A stretch of 64,000 bases of DNA from Endomicrobium sp. (GTDB taxonomy: Bacteria; Elusimicrobiota; Endomicrobiia; Endomicrobiales; Endomicrobiaceae). A program made the position numbers and the translations under genes. The notes under the pieces are model-generated. The model had not been told where the DNA came from. It worked only from the letters and a program-made list of their open reading frames with translations, and ran no database searches. The stretch covers positions 8,732 through 72,731 of the forward strand of contig JAITTL010000027.1 of NCBI GenBank assembly GCA_031286985.1. The letters are read 5' to 3'. Shown in pieces: positions 28,184 through 38,174 of this stretch (position 1 is its first letter; the number at the start of each line of letters is the position of its first letter).

Positions 28184-29218
28184 CTAACAAAAATTTTTTT
28201 TGTATCTTTGCACGAGCATCATAAAAATTGTTCTAAATATTGCCATAACGGGAATCGCAACCACACCTCCTAACAAACCAAAGATTCGCCATCCTGCAAG
28301 CACAGCAAAAGCCATTGTAACAGGCCCTAAATTTAGATTACGCGCTATGGCCAACGGTTGAACAAAGTTAGAATCCAACAGACGTATTATAACATATGAT
28401 ATAACTATTTTAATAACTATTGTAAAAGTTTGAAACTGAATTACACCAATTATGGTAGCCAATACCAATCCCAAAAAAGGGCCAAAATAAGGAATCATAT
28501 TTACAAGTCCAATAATTAATGCAAAATTCACGCCAATTATGCTTAAAGATATCCAAGACATGATTCCCACAAATGAAGTTTCTATAAGCTGTCCTATTAT
28601 AAACCTTCTCAAAACAGAATCTATTTCGTAAATGATGGACAATACAGCCTCAGTATAACTTGCTGGGAAAAAAGATACAATAGCGTTTAGGTTTCTGCTA
28701 CCACCAAGAAGCATAAAAAGAATGAGCATCATGATTAAAACTATGGATGAAAAAATAGAAAAAATATTCATAACATAGGCAGGTATCTGTTGCGCACCTG
28801 CAAATATGAAATCTCGGATTTTTGTAATAATTATTCCTAATATGTCGTAGTGCTTAATAACAGGAACTGTCACCTCCAATTTTGTTTTGGTAGTGTTAAC
28901 ATAATTCGAGAAGTATTCACAATAGTCCGAAACACCGATTTTAAATTTTTCAAACTCGCTAATTAAACTAGGAATAAAAATTATTAACGCAGCCGCAAGT
29001 ACAACTACAGCAACAATTGCAAGGATTACAACGCCAACCCATCTTTTATATCCATAAGACTGTATTGTGGCAATAAACGGATATATCAAATGGGAAACAA
29101 AGGCTGCGATAAGAAAAGGGGCAACAATATCCCTTGCTAAATATAAGAAAGAGCAGATTACAACGAAGACAACCACTGCGGCAAGAAAAATTCTATTTTT
29201 TGCCAGTTCCATTATCAA
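28184..29218 (-). CDS. AI-2E family transporter (PerM/YhhT-like permease)
   Basis: 344 aa, 7-8 TM protein. Characteristic C-terminal region (IPYFGPFLG..., LDSNFVQPLAIARNLNLGPV). Confidence 0.75.
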   Translation of the reverse strand: MIMELAKNRIFLAAVVVFVVICSFLYLARDIVAPFLIAAFVSHLIYPFIATIQSYGYKRWVGVVILAIVAVVVLAAALIIFIPSLISEFEKFKIGVSDYCEYFSNYVNTTKTKLEVTVPVIKHYDILGIIITKIRDFIFAGAQQIPAYVMNIFSIFSSIVLIMMLILFMLLGGSRNLNAIVSFFPASYTEAVLSIIYEIDSVLRRFIIGQLIETSFVGIMSWISLSIIGVNFALIIGLVNMIPYFGPFLGLVLATIIGVIQFQTFTIVIKIVISYVIIRLLDSNFVQPLAIARNLNLGPVTMAFAVLAGWRIFGLLGGVVAIPVMAIFRTIFMMLVQRYKKNFC

Positions 29219-29243
29219 CCCCTATATCTTCTAATTATGCTAA

Positions 29244-29717
29244 TTATTTCATATGCACCTTATTACAGTTAGAAATAGTTATATTTTTTGCAAGCATAAA
29301 TGCCAAATTTTTCATTACTGCAAAACCGATTTTATTGTTTGACTCAACCATATCTTCAAATTTAGTACGATAGATAAAGTAAAGTTCACTTTCCTTTAAA
29401 GCGATCGCGTTACAATTATATCTACAATTTGCAATTAAAGATAGTTCTCCAAAAAAATTCCCATGCTCAATAATTTTGTTAAAATTCTGACTAATTAGTT
29501 TAACTTTACCGCTCTTAATTATGTAAATAATATTTGCGTGGGCACCAGTCTCATAGATTTTCTCACCTGCAAGATAAATTTTCTTAAAGACAATTAAAGA
29601 TACCTTTGCTAAGGACCGATCTGAAAGCCCCTCAAACAAAGTAATTTTTTTTAAAAAAGCAACATCTTTTTTTAAGACATTATCAATTAACAGGAATTCA
29701 AGTATTTTTTTTATCAT
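29244..29717 (-). CDS. Stand-alone cyclic-nucleotide-binding (CAP effector) domain protein
   Basis: 157 aa. The cNMP-binding beta-roll pattern (LFEGLSDRSL..., AGEKIYETG..., FFGELSLI....R....A) covers essentially the whole protein. No DNA-binding or other output domain. Confidence 0.7.
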   Translation of the reverse strand: MIKKILEFLLIDNVLKKDVAFLKKITLFEGLSDRSLAKVSLIVFKKIYLAGEKIYETGAHANIIYIIKSGKVKLISQNFNKIIEHGNFFGELSLIANCRYNCNAIALKESELYFIYRTKFEDMVESNNKIGFAVMKNLAFMLAKNITISNCNKVHMK

Positions 29718-29777
29718 ATTATTTTCCTTTTACGTTATATGTCATTTTATCTCCAAAAACAACCATTACAACTTGAG

Positions 29778-31118
29778 TTATGGATTATTAGTTTTATTAT
29801 TAAACCACAAAACGAGCCACAGCGCACAAAACACCATTAGAGCAGGGACTACGGAGTTCATCACTATTTTATTTGTATCACTTACAGGTACAACTATTAT
29901 ATAAAAATAAATTGAACCTAAAGCATAAATTATAGATAGTGCAAGAGGTAAATACTTTTTTATAAACTTTGAAAAATAACTTTTTAAAACGAAAAACAGA
30001 AACACAATCCAAATTACAAGCGATACTAGATACTTAAAGTTTATATTTTTAATGTAATAGTAGAAAGCGAAAAATGGTTCAAACACAAATCTTGCAATTG
30101 ACTTGCTTTGCTCTTGTCTGTATAAAATCACTTTCGTTTTTGGATTTTTTAAAAACAATGCTTCTATATTTTTCATGTTATCTTCTTGAGAAAAAACAGT
30201 CCATACATCACACATGCATCCCCACCCGTGCCAATCTGTGGTTCCTAGCATCATCAAATTATTTTCTTTTGCAAAATTTATCATAGATTTTTGCTCATTT
30301 TTGTCAAAATATCTATATCCGCAATTGTATATTTCAAAACCATCTATCCCAATATCTTTTAATTTGGCAAAAGTGTGCTTACGCCACTTCCACCAATGTG
30401 GCATAATAACAAGCATTTGGTTTTTATGTGCCTTTTTAACAACGTCTACAAGCTTCATTTTTTTATAATCCTGGCCATTAAATTCTTTTAGCGCTAAAAG
30501 AACAACAGATACTCCATCTTCCGTTTGCACCTGAATTCCAGGATAAACCATTGTGTATCTTGTATTCTTGGGAAACATCATAAAGCCTTTTGTTTGGTCA
30601 TGTTCAGTATTGAAAAAACTGTCAAACCCATGCCAAATATGTGCCTTTAAACTTATACAAGCAGGTGCAATATTGTCATGGGATGATAAAGTATGTGAAT
30701 GAGTATCGATTGCGATATATCCTTTAGGTTTTTCAAGTTTTGGACCAGGCATGGGAATCAAAACTGAAAAGGAAAATATAGTAAGAAGAATCATCAAAGA
30801 ATAAAACATAGCATTTGCGGTTTGCTTTAATTTTTTTTTACTCGCCAAACAATAAACTAATACACTTCCCAAAACCCATAAAATCCATGAAATTATGATG
30901 GGTTTATAAAAATCTCTATTTAACGTTAGTAAATAAAATGTAAAAGAATAAAAAGGTTCTACGAAAAATCTGACCTTAGGCCACGTTATTGAAAAATCTG
31001 GAACTTGAAGACCGGTTATTAAATCGTAAAGATAAACAGGAGAATAAAAAACAATATTTGATCCAATCACTGAACATAAACAAATTATCAACAATTTAAC
31101 AGAATTGAAATATTTCAT
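29778..31118 (-). CDS. Polytopic membrane protein with central PHP (polymerase/histidinol-phosphatase) domain
   Basis: 446 aa. About 4 N-terminal and 3-4 C-terminal TM helices flank a PHP-like core with metal-ligand motifs IDTHSHT, NTEHD, MPHWW, GTTDWHG. Confidence 0.65.
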   Translation of the reverse strand: MKYFNSVKLLIICLCSVIGSNIVFYSPVYLYDLITGLQVPDFSITWPKVRFFVEPFYSFTFYLLTLNRDFYKPIIISWILWVLGSVLVYCLASKKKLKQTANAMFYSLMILLTIFSFSVLIPMPGPKLEKPKGYIAIDTHSHTLSSHDNIAPACISLKAHIWHGFDSFFNTEHDQTKGFMMFPKNTRYTMVYPGIQVQTEDGVSVVLLALKEFNGQDYKKMKLVDVVKKAHKNQMLVIMPHWWKWRKHTFAKLKDIGIDGFEIYNCGYRYFDKNEQKSMINFAKENNLMMLGTTDWHGWGCMCDVWTVFSQEDNMKNIEALFLKNPKTKVILYRQEQSKSIARFVFEPFFAFYYYIKNINFKYLVSLVIWIVFLFFVLKSYFSKFIKKYLPLALSIIYALGSIYFYIIVVPVSDTNKIVMNSVVPALMVFCALWLVLWFNNKTNNP

Positions 31119-31167
31119 TTTTGTTGTTTATTTTCATAAAAAACATCACATGTGTCGCACGCACCCA

Positions 31168-32487
31168 TCATCTTGTTAAAACCGGAGACCATGCAGGAGT
31201 ATAAGATGTTCCTGAAATTTCTGTGAGTTTTCTTGTTCCTGATCCATCAATAGCCATTATATAAATTTCACCTTTACCTGACCTATTTGAGTAAAATACC
31301 ACAAACCTTCCATCTGGTGACCATGTTGGATTTTCGTTGTTTCTTTGATTATTTGTAAGTTTTATTATTTTTGCGGTCGGTAAATCGTAAATATATAAAT
31401 CATGATTCCCTCTTGCTTCTTTCATTGTAAAAACAATTTTATCACCTCGTGGAGACCATTCTGGTGAGTCACAAAGACCATTTGTTGTGAGCCTTCTCAC
31501 ATTGCCTCCATTGATATTCATTATATATAACTGAGGATAACCTGCTCTATCAGAAATGAAAACTATCTCCTGGCCATTTGGAGCAAATGATGGACTCGTA
31601 TCAATATGCATTCCTTCTGTCATCTTGCGAAGTATACCACCAGCGAGGTTGATTAAATAAAGATTCGGGTATTTTTTCATAGATAAGGTCAAAAGTATCC
31701 TTTCTCCATCTGGAGCGAACGATCCAGCCACGTTTAAACCTTGATATTTTGAAAGAATTTTTCTCTTGTTTTCAACAATGTTTAGGATAAACAGATCCGG
31801 ATTACGGCATAAATAGCTAGTATAAATTATTTGATCACCTCTTGGAGACCATTTTGGAAGAACGTTAATTCTATTGTCTTTTGTTAATCTACGTAAATTA
31901 TGTCCATCGTAATCAATTATGTATAGCTCTTTAAACTTCGTTCCATCATTTATAAAAGCTATTTTCGAGCAGGCTATGCCTGTTTCACCAGTAAATCTTT
32001 TTACAATTTCATCACTTATTTTATGGGCTAGGTACCTATAATTACAAGATTTATCTGTATATTTATTTTCCCATATTGTACTGCCAGTGGAAACATCCGT
32101 CATTTTTATTTTAACAACAAGATTCTTCCCTTCATTTGAAACTGATGCAGCAAGAATTACAAAAACATTCATATGCTTTAAAGAGAGCAATTTTTCTTTA
32201 GTATTGAAGTTTCCAGATGGTTTATCTACTACATTAAAATATCTTGAGAGAATAAGATCATTTTTTACTATTTCTTGTATATATTTGGCAAAACTCGCAG
32301 TATTTGCATCTTTCCCAACTGGAACAAAAACTTCTATAGCAATTCCAGATCTTTTTGCTTGAGATGCTGAAAGCGATAAATAAATATTGTCATGAGCAAA
32401 ACAACTCACTACTAAATGGGAAATCACAAAAACAAAAAACGAAATTCTTTTCATCGCAGTTGATTTTATAATTTTATTTAAATTCAA
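31168..32487 (-). CDS. tolB: Tol-Pal system beta-propeller protein TolB
   Basis: 439 aa. Signal sequence, an N-terminal TolB domain, then repeated P-WSP(D/R)G propeller blades (PKWSPRGD, PEWSPRGD, PTWSPDGR, PAWSP). 14-nt overlap with the upstream tolA-like gene. Confidence 0.9.
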   Translation of the reverse strand: MNLNKIIKSTAMKRISFFVFVISHLVVSCFAHDNIYLSLSASQAKRSGIAIEVFVPVGKDANTASFAKYIQEIVKNDLILSRYFNVVDKPSGNFNTKEKLLSLKHMNVFVILAASVSNEGKNLVVKIKMTDVSTGSTIWENKYTDKSCNYRYLAHKISDEIVKRFTGETGIACSKIAFINDGTKFKELYIIDYDGHNLRRLTKDNRINVLPKWSPRGDQIIYTSYLCRNPDLFILNIVENKRKILSKYQGLNVAGSFAPDGERILLTLSMKKYPNLYLINLAGGILRKMTEGMHIDTSPSFAPNGQEIVFISDRAGYPQLYIMNINGGNVRRLTTNGLCDSPEWSPRGDKIVFTMKEARGNHDLYIYDLPTAKIIKLTNNQRNNENPTWSPDGRFVVFYSNRSGKGEIYIMAIDGSGTRKLTEISGTSYTPAWSPVLTR

Positions 32488-33307
32488 AAAAAACTCCTAA
32501 AAAATCTTCTTCATAGCTTTCAGGTAACTCAGGTAACGGAACAGCTCTGTATATTGCATCCAAAGCGTTTTTGTCGTATTCCTTGTTTCCTGAGGATTCT
32601 TTGATGAATACATCAGATATGGTACCACTTTTGTGGATTTTAAAATATACAAGTACTCTAAATTTTCCATAACTTTCAACCCACCTTGACTGAGATATAA
32701 TTTTTTTACCAATTTGATTCCCATAGTAAGAAAATTTAAAATTTTTAGTATCAAACGAAACCTCGCCGTACTGACTTCCGTAGCTAACGGATACAGCAGG
32801 AGAATCAGGTGATTGAAAAGTTTCAACATTACTATCATTGTCTGAAGGTAACGATTTTGAAACTACGTTTTCTCTACCTTTTTTCACAGGCTGTCTATTT
32901 GTTGTTTGGTTTTTTAATTTCTCTGCTACTTTATTATCTATTTTAGTTTTATTTGTTCCCTTTTTAGGGCTATCTTTTTTTTTAACGAAGGAATCTTTTA
33001 TTACGGGTTTAGTTTTTTTGCGTTCATCCGGTGAAAGCTTGGTTTGAACGCTATTACCATCTGAAACAGACGATACCATTGGTTGATCTGTTTCTTGCTG
33101 CTTAGTTTGAACATTACTACTCTTCGAAACAGGCGCTATCGATTGATCTGCTTTTTTATGTAACGGAGAATTAAAAAAAACCTCCACTGGAACTGACAAA
33201 CAAACAGATTTCTTTTTATTTCCGTTATCTAGCAAAAAACAGAAAACCGATAAATGTAAAAACACCGATATTGCCAAATATTTGAAAAAATCACGTTGAT
33301 TGAACAT
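32474..33307 (-). CDS. TolA/TonB-family energy-transducer protein
   Basis: 277 aa. One N-terminal TM (YLAISVFLHLSVFCFLL), a K/P/S-rich low-complexity linker, and a TonB_C-like C-terminal domain (RVLVYFKIHKSGTISDVFIKESSGNKEYDKNALDAI). Lies between cpoB-like and tolB. Confidence 0.75.
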   Translation of the reverse strand: MFNQRDFFKYLAISVFLHLSVFCFLLDNGNKKKSVCLSVPVEVFFNSPLHKKADQSIAPVSKSSNVQTKQQETDQPMVSSVSDGNSVQTKLSPDERKKTKPVIKDSFVKKKDSPKKGTNKTKIDNKVAEKLKNQTTNRQPVKKGRENVVSKSLPSDNDSNVETFQSPDSPAVSVSYGSQYGEVSFDTKNFKFSYYGNQIGKKIISQSRWVESYGKFRVLVYFKIHKSGTISDVFIKESSGNKEYDKNALDAIYRAVPLPELPESYEEDFLGVFFEFK

Positions 33308-34097
33308 TTCTATATGTTTTAATTTTCCCCCTTGCCATCAAAGATTCTGAACTCTGAGGAAAATTCTCCAATATAAACGAGAAAGTATTTTCTGCGTCAT
33401 CATTCTTACCTAATTTTTCATAACATAAAGCTATTTTTAGCATTGCAGCTGGCACCAAATAGGACTTTTTGTAGCAATCTTTGACTTTTCCATATTCTAT
33501 AAGAGCCTCGCTCCACATCTTGCGAGAATACAAACATTCACCCATGTAAAATTGTGATTCCACAGCGAGCACATCATCTGGATACTTATCTACAAAAGAT
33601 TGAAAGGCAGAATATGCAAGATCGTACTTTCCCATGGAGTAGTCACTATAAGCACTTTGGTAAAGAGACGAAGGCAAAACAACAGAACTACTTTTGTCAT
33701 CATTTTTTACATCTGCTGCTATTTCTAATTTTTGTGCGGTATCACCAAAAGCGGAAAATTTATTTTGCAAGTCATACATCAAAGCGTTAAGAGACTTTAA
33801 AGAAGAATCAATTTTTTCTTGCAAATTACCCTGATTACGCTCAAGCTCATCGCATCGTATTTGCAATCTGGCCACCTCACTCTTTAAATCAATTACTTCA
33901 CGTGAGCTCGACCTTGCATGGACGCACCCTACAGTTCCAAATATCACCAAACATGATAACACACCGAACACAAAATTGATTATAGCTTTACGAGAATAAG
34001 ACACCGAACCTATGTTAACAACAAAGACATGCACATCTTTGGGAAGAAGATTGTGTTTCATTTTTAAAATTCTCTCATCGTTAAGGCTTTTTATCAT
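33291..34097 (-). CDS. cpoB: CpoB/YbgF-like Tol-Pal associated protein (coiled coil + TPR)
   Basis: 268 aa. TM/signal, a coiled-coil segment (EVARLQIRCDELERNQGNLQEKI) and a C-terminal YbgF-type TPR (LYQSAYSDYSMGKYDLAYSAFQSFVDKYPDD...AMLKIALCYEKLGKNDDA). 17-nt overlap with the next gene. Confidence 0.75.
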   Translation of the reverse strand: MIKSLNDERILKMKHNLLPKDVHVFVVNIGSVSYSRKAIINFVFGVLSCLVIFGTVGCVHARSSSREVIDLKSEVARLQIRCDELERNQGNLQEKIDSSLKSLNALMYDLQNKFSAFGDTAQKLEIAADVKNDDKSSSVVLPSSLYQSAYSDYSMGKYDLAYSAFQSFVDKYPDDVLAVESQFYMGECLYSRKMWSEALIEYGKVKDCYKKSYLVPAAMLKIALCYEKLGKNDDAENTFSFILENFPQSSESLMARGKIKTYRNVQST

Positions 34098-34214
34098 TTG
34101 TTTTTTTAAAATTCAAAATCACTTCTCACTATTGTGTTTTAAGTCACACACAGTAAACTTGTAGAAGCTCTATCTTATCTATTGTAAAACATTTCCGTTC
34201 TATGAGGCATAATT

Positions 34215-34706
34215 TTACTTTTTTATGTATTCCAAAAGTCCGCCAGTTTTTATGATTTTTTGCATAAACTCAGGAAAAGAATGAGACTGATAAATTTTAT
34301 GTGTAACCGTATTATTTATAATACCTTTATTCAAGTTTATTTCTACTATGTCACCGTTTTTAATTGCTTTTACAGCTTCAGGTGATTCTAAGATAGGGAG
34401 GCCTATATTTATTGCATTTCTAAAAAATATCCTTGCAAAAGAATTCGCAATTATAGCCGAAATACCTGCAGCCTTGATTGCCAATGGAGCATGTTCCCTT
34501 GAAGAACCACACCCAAAATTATTCTCAGCAACTATTATATCTTTTGGTTTAACATTTTCAATAAAATCTTTATCTATGTCTTCCATACAATGTTGCGCAA
34601 GTATCACAGGATCTGTTGTATTTAACCATCTTGCTGGTATTATTTCATCGGTGTTCACATTTGATCCATATTTGTGCACTCTACCTCTCAAAATTATATC
34701 AGACAT
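34215..34706 (-). CDS. leuD: 3-isopropylmalate/(homo)aconitate dehydratase small subunit
   Basis: 163 aa. [10 protein letters not shown] motif, archaeal-type short small subunit. Specificity (LeuD vs HacB) is not decidable from sequence alone. Confidence 0.85.
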   Translation of the reverse strand: MSDIILRGRVHKYGSNVNTDEIIPARWLNTTDPVILAQHCMEDIDKDFIENVKPKDIIVAENNFGCGSSREHAPLAIKAAGISAIIANSFARIFFRNAINIGLPILESPEAVKAIKNGDIVEINLNKGIINNTVTHKIYQSHSFPEFMQKIIKTGGLLEYIKK

Positions 34707-34753
34707 TCAACACCTCTCCTTTTCATCGTACCTACTTCTTGAAAATTTTACAA

Positions 34754-36016
34754 TCAAATTTCATCAGGTATTGTTATATATCCTTTTATTGCTGATGCAG
34801 CTGCCACAGCAGGGTTTGCCAAAAAGAGTTGTGATTCAACATGTCCCATTCTTCCAACAAAATTTCTATTCGTAGTTGAAACACATTTTTCACCTGACGC
34901 AAGTATTCCCATATGGCCACCAAGACACGGACCGCATGTAGGAGCAGAAACTATAGCTCCTGCATCCACGAATATTTTAAGTAGGCCTTCTTCTAATGCC
35001 TCTGAGTAAACCTTAGGTGTTGCTGGAATTATGAGTGTTCTTACATTAGGATTTACTTTTTTACCTTTTTTTATAATTGCTGCAGCAATCCTCAAGTCTT
35101 CAATCCTTCCATTGGTACAAGATCCTATTACCACTTGATTTATATAGGTTCTTTTTATGTCCACCACAGCTTTTGTATTTGAAGGCAAAAAAGGTGTTGC
35201 CACTTGAAGTGAAATTTTACTGCAATCTACCTCAATAATCTTTAAATATCTGCAATTTTTGTCGCTTTTATAAAATTTATACCTTCTTTGTGCTCTTTTA
35301 GACACATACTTTTCTGTAATTTCATCTGGTGTAAATATTCCGTTTTTCCCGCCAGCCTCAACAGCCATATTGGCTATTGTAAACCTATCTGCCATCGTAA
35401 GTTTTTTACACACAGGTCCATCAAACTCCATAGAACTGTATAAAGCTCCATCAACACCGATGAGGCCAATAATGTAGAGGATGATATCTTTACCGCTTAC
35501 CCATTTGTTCAATTTTCCAGTTAAAACGAATTTAATCGAATTTGGAACTTTAAACCAAACCTTGCCTGTCACCATTGCCGCTGCAATATCAGTAGAACCA
35601 ACACCTGTTGCAAAAGCCCCTAAAGCTCCATAAGTACATGTGTGTGAATCTGCACCTACAACAACATCACCTGGGCATACAATTCCTTTTTCAGGTAAAA
35701 GAGCATGTTCCACCCCAGCATTTCCGCCCTCATAATAGTGTTTTACCTTTTGCTTTTTTGAGAATTCCCTTACCAATTTAACATGTTCTGCGCTTAATAT
35801 ATCTTTATTCGGTGTAAAATGGTCCATAACTAAAACTATCTTATTTTTGTCGAAGACTTTTCCATCCTTAGTTTTTTCGAATTCTTTTATAGCCAAAGGT
35901 GCCGTAACATCGTTCAAAAGAGATATATCAACTTTTGGTTCTATAAATTCTCCAGGTTCAACAATTTTTTTGCCGCAATGTGCTGCTAATATTTTTTCCG
36001 TAATAGTACTTTCCAT
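34754..36016 (-). CDS. leuC: 3-isopropylmalate/(homo)aconitate dehydratase large subunit
   Basis: 420 aa. [21 protein letters not shown] and CGPCLGG Fe-S ligand motifs of the aconitase family, archaeal-type length. Confidence 0.9.
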   Translation of the reverse strand: MESTITEKILAAHCGKKIVEPGEFIEPKVDISLLNDVTAPLAIKEFEKTKDGKVFDKNKIVLVMDHFTPNKDILSAEHVKLVREFSKKQKVKHYYEGGNAGVEHALLPEKGIVCPGDVVVGADSHTCTYGALGAFATGVGSTDIAAAMVTGKVWFKVPNSIKFVLTGKLNKWVSGKDIILYIIGLIGVDGALYSSMEFDGPVCKKLTMADRFTIANMAVEAGGKNGIFTPDEITEKYVSKRAQRRYKFYKSDKNCRYLKIIEVDCSKISLQVATPFLPSNTKAVVDIKRTYINQVVIGSCTNGRIEDLRIAAAIIKKGKKVNPNVRTLIIPATPKVYSEALEEGLLKIFVDAGAIVSAPTCGPCLGGHMGILASGEKCVSTTNRNFVGRMGHVESQLFLANPAVAAASAIKGYITIPDEI

Positions 36017-36201
36017 AAAAACAATTCCCTCTTCTCACTTTAAATTCTTTAAAATAAATTCTCATGGACCGTTTAAGAAGTTAAGTATAAAATTATTTTC
36101 TATATTTGAATATTGTTTACTCGAAATAACTGAGGGCTTGAGAATATATTTTTCAATAACTATGCACTCTTGACATCCATCTCTTCTGGGAGATTTTAAT
36201 C

Positions 36202-36272
36202 AACACCCAAAAACAGGTTCCTAAACGACGTTTTCACACTGAAAAAGCCATCCTGTTTTTGGGTGTTTTTTT
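36202..36272. terminator. 16-bp perfect stem-loop plus T7 run between pal and leuC
   Basis: AACACCCAAAAACAGG (36202-36217) pairs perfectly with CCTGTTTTTGGGTGTT (36252-36267). On the plus strand a run of T follows to 36272. It lies about 75 nt downstream of the pal stop. On the minus strand the inner AAAAACAGG/CCTGTTTTT part can supply a U-run. Confidence 0.5.
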
Positions 36273-36343
36273 AAAAATCTTCGCAAAACAACTTCACGCT
36301 CTCATTTCTCGTTTTACATTTAATAAATCTTGAAATATTGTAA

Positions 36344-36844
36344 TTATTTAGCTAAGACTTTTGTTTCAGCTCTTCTATTTTCTGCCCATCCTAACTCATC
36401 ATTATTTATATTTGCTGGCTTTTCTTTTCCGTATGAAATGGTTGCAATCCTGCCAGATTCAACTCCAAGGAGTACATAAAATTTCCTAACTCTCTTAGCT
36501 CTTTCATCACCTAGACACATATTGTACGCTATAGTACCTCTATTATCTGTATGGCCCTCAATAACGATCTTCAGATCACGATTGCTTGGGCTTATCAAAT
36601 AGGTCGCGTTTCTTTTCAATTTTTCTTTCGCTTCATCTGTCAAATCACTTTTATCAAAGTCAAAGTTTACAATTTCTAGGTTACTATCTTTGTAAGAATC
36701 CTCCCTTACTGACGGCTCATCTGCCAAAACAGCATCTTTTGCTTCACCATTCAAATCCTGATTTTGCTTTACGGATTGTTTTCCACAGCCTGCAAAAAAA
36801 CCAAGCGCCAAAATACAGACACAAAACAAAGCTAATTTTTTCAT
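36344..36844 (-). CDS. pal: Peptidoglycan-associated lipoprotein (OmpA-family, Pal-like)
   Basis: Lipobox FFAGC. OmpA_C motif IEGHTDNRGTIAYNMCLGDERAKRV. The ORF track starts at 36883, but a GGGGAG Shine-Dalgarno lies 6 nt before the ATG at 36844 (MKKLALF...). Confidence 0.8.
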   Translation of the reverse strand: MKKLALFCVCILALGFFAGCGKQSVKQNQDLNGEAKDAVLADEPSVREDSYKDSNLEIVNFDFDKSDLTDEAKEKLKRNATYLISPSNRDLKIVIEGHTDNRGTIAYNMCLGDERAKRVRKFYVLLGVESGRIATISYGKEKPANINNDELGWAENRRAETKVLAK

Positions 36845-37009
36845 TCCAATCTCCCCTTTTTTATATTTCATATGCATACGCATAAACCAACAACAACTAT
36901 CTTTTACATTATTATTGGGCTCTTAGTCAACAGCCAACATTATGTTTCGTTTACATCTTTTACATTCATCCGATATAAAAACATAGCAAAAACGACATAA
37001 ATCTTTTAA

Positions 37010-37987
37010 CTAAAGCTGAATAAGCTTCATCAATCCATTAAAATCAGAAATGGTAAGAATTGTATTAAACATTTTTCGTATTTTTGCAGCATCATGAAAA
37101 TCTTTAACATAATAATGGAAAAATTTTCTCATAACCAAAAGCCCCTTCATTTCACCGTAATGTTCCATGGAACACTCGACATGCTGTCTTAGCCATTCCG
37201 TTCTATCTTTTTTGGATGGAAATGGCAATCTTTGATTATTGTTAAAAAAATTCCATAATCTTGTGAATATTGAATAATTTCCTATTGCTCCTCTTCCGAT
37301 CATAATTCCTGAACAATTTTGTACTTTCAAAAAACTTGCCGCTGTTTCTTCATCAATGATTCCACCATTTGCAATAATTGGTATCTTAGCTTGGGAACAA
37401 GCATCACCAAATGATTCCAAATCAGGGTATCCAGAATGCCCTTGAGAGGCAGGTCTTGCATGTACGGCAACCATTGATATGCCACTATTTTGTGCTATTT
37501 TAACAATATCCGAAGCTATATTTTGTCCAGGTAACAGTCCAATACGAATTTTAATTGTAACAGGAATATCAGCACTTTTTACAACAGTTTCCAAAATCTT
37601 TGTCACGAGGCTTGAATTGGCAGAAAGTTTTATACCTGCTCCTGCTTTTGTTATCTTTCGTGCAGGACACCCTAAATTGATATCTACAATATCAGCACCG
37701 CTATCTCTTACAATTTTTGCAGCTTCTGCCATGCTGTAAGCATCACTTCCAAAAATTTGCACTGCAACTGGTTTTTCTATATTTGATATTTTTAAAAGTT
37801 TTTTTGTTTTTTCGTTATGATTCACAATAGCTTTGGCTGAAACCATTTCTGTATACACAAGCCCAGCGCCCCCCTTTTTGGCAAGAACTCGTAGAGGTAA
37901 ATCTGTTATTCCAGCCATCGGAGCAAGGAGTATATTGTTACTAAGTTCCACTTTGCCTATTTTTAATTTCTTCATCATTAACAGCAT
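37010..37987 (-). CDS. dusB: tRNA-dihydrouridine synthase (DusB-like)
   Basis: 325 aa. LAPMAGITDLPLR, DINLGCP, HARPASQ motifs of the Dus family. Confidence 0.9.
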   Translation of the reverse strand: MLLMMKKLKIGKVELSNNILLAPMAGITDLPLRVLAKKGGAGLVYTEMVSAKAIVNHNEKTKKLLKISNIEKPVAVQIFGSDAYSMAEAAKIVRDSGADIVDINLGCPARKITKAGAGIKLSANSSLVTKILETVVKSADIPVTIKIRIGLLPGQNIASDIVKIAQNSGISMVAVHARPASQGHSGYPDLESFGDACSQAKIPIIANGGIIDEETAASFLKVQNCSGIMIGRGAIGNYSIFTRLWNFFNNNQRLPFPSKKDRTEWLRQHVECSMEHYGEMKGLLVMRKFFHYYVKDFHDAAKIRKMFNTILTISDFNGLMKLIQL

Positions 37988-38174
37988 CTACTTCTGCATT
38001 GAAATTGAATAAGATCGACCTCTGTTTATGGGATTGGACTCTAAATTGGAAATTCACAAACAATCAACTCGAACATGCAACCCAGTGTAACTCTATCAAG
38101 TAAGGATATACATCTAAGTTAGGATCGATTGTTTAAAATAATATGTACCCTTTGTTCTGTTTCCGTTAATCAGT

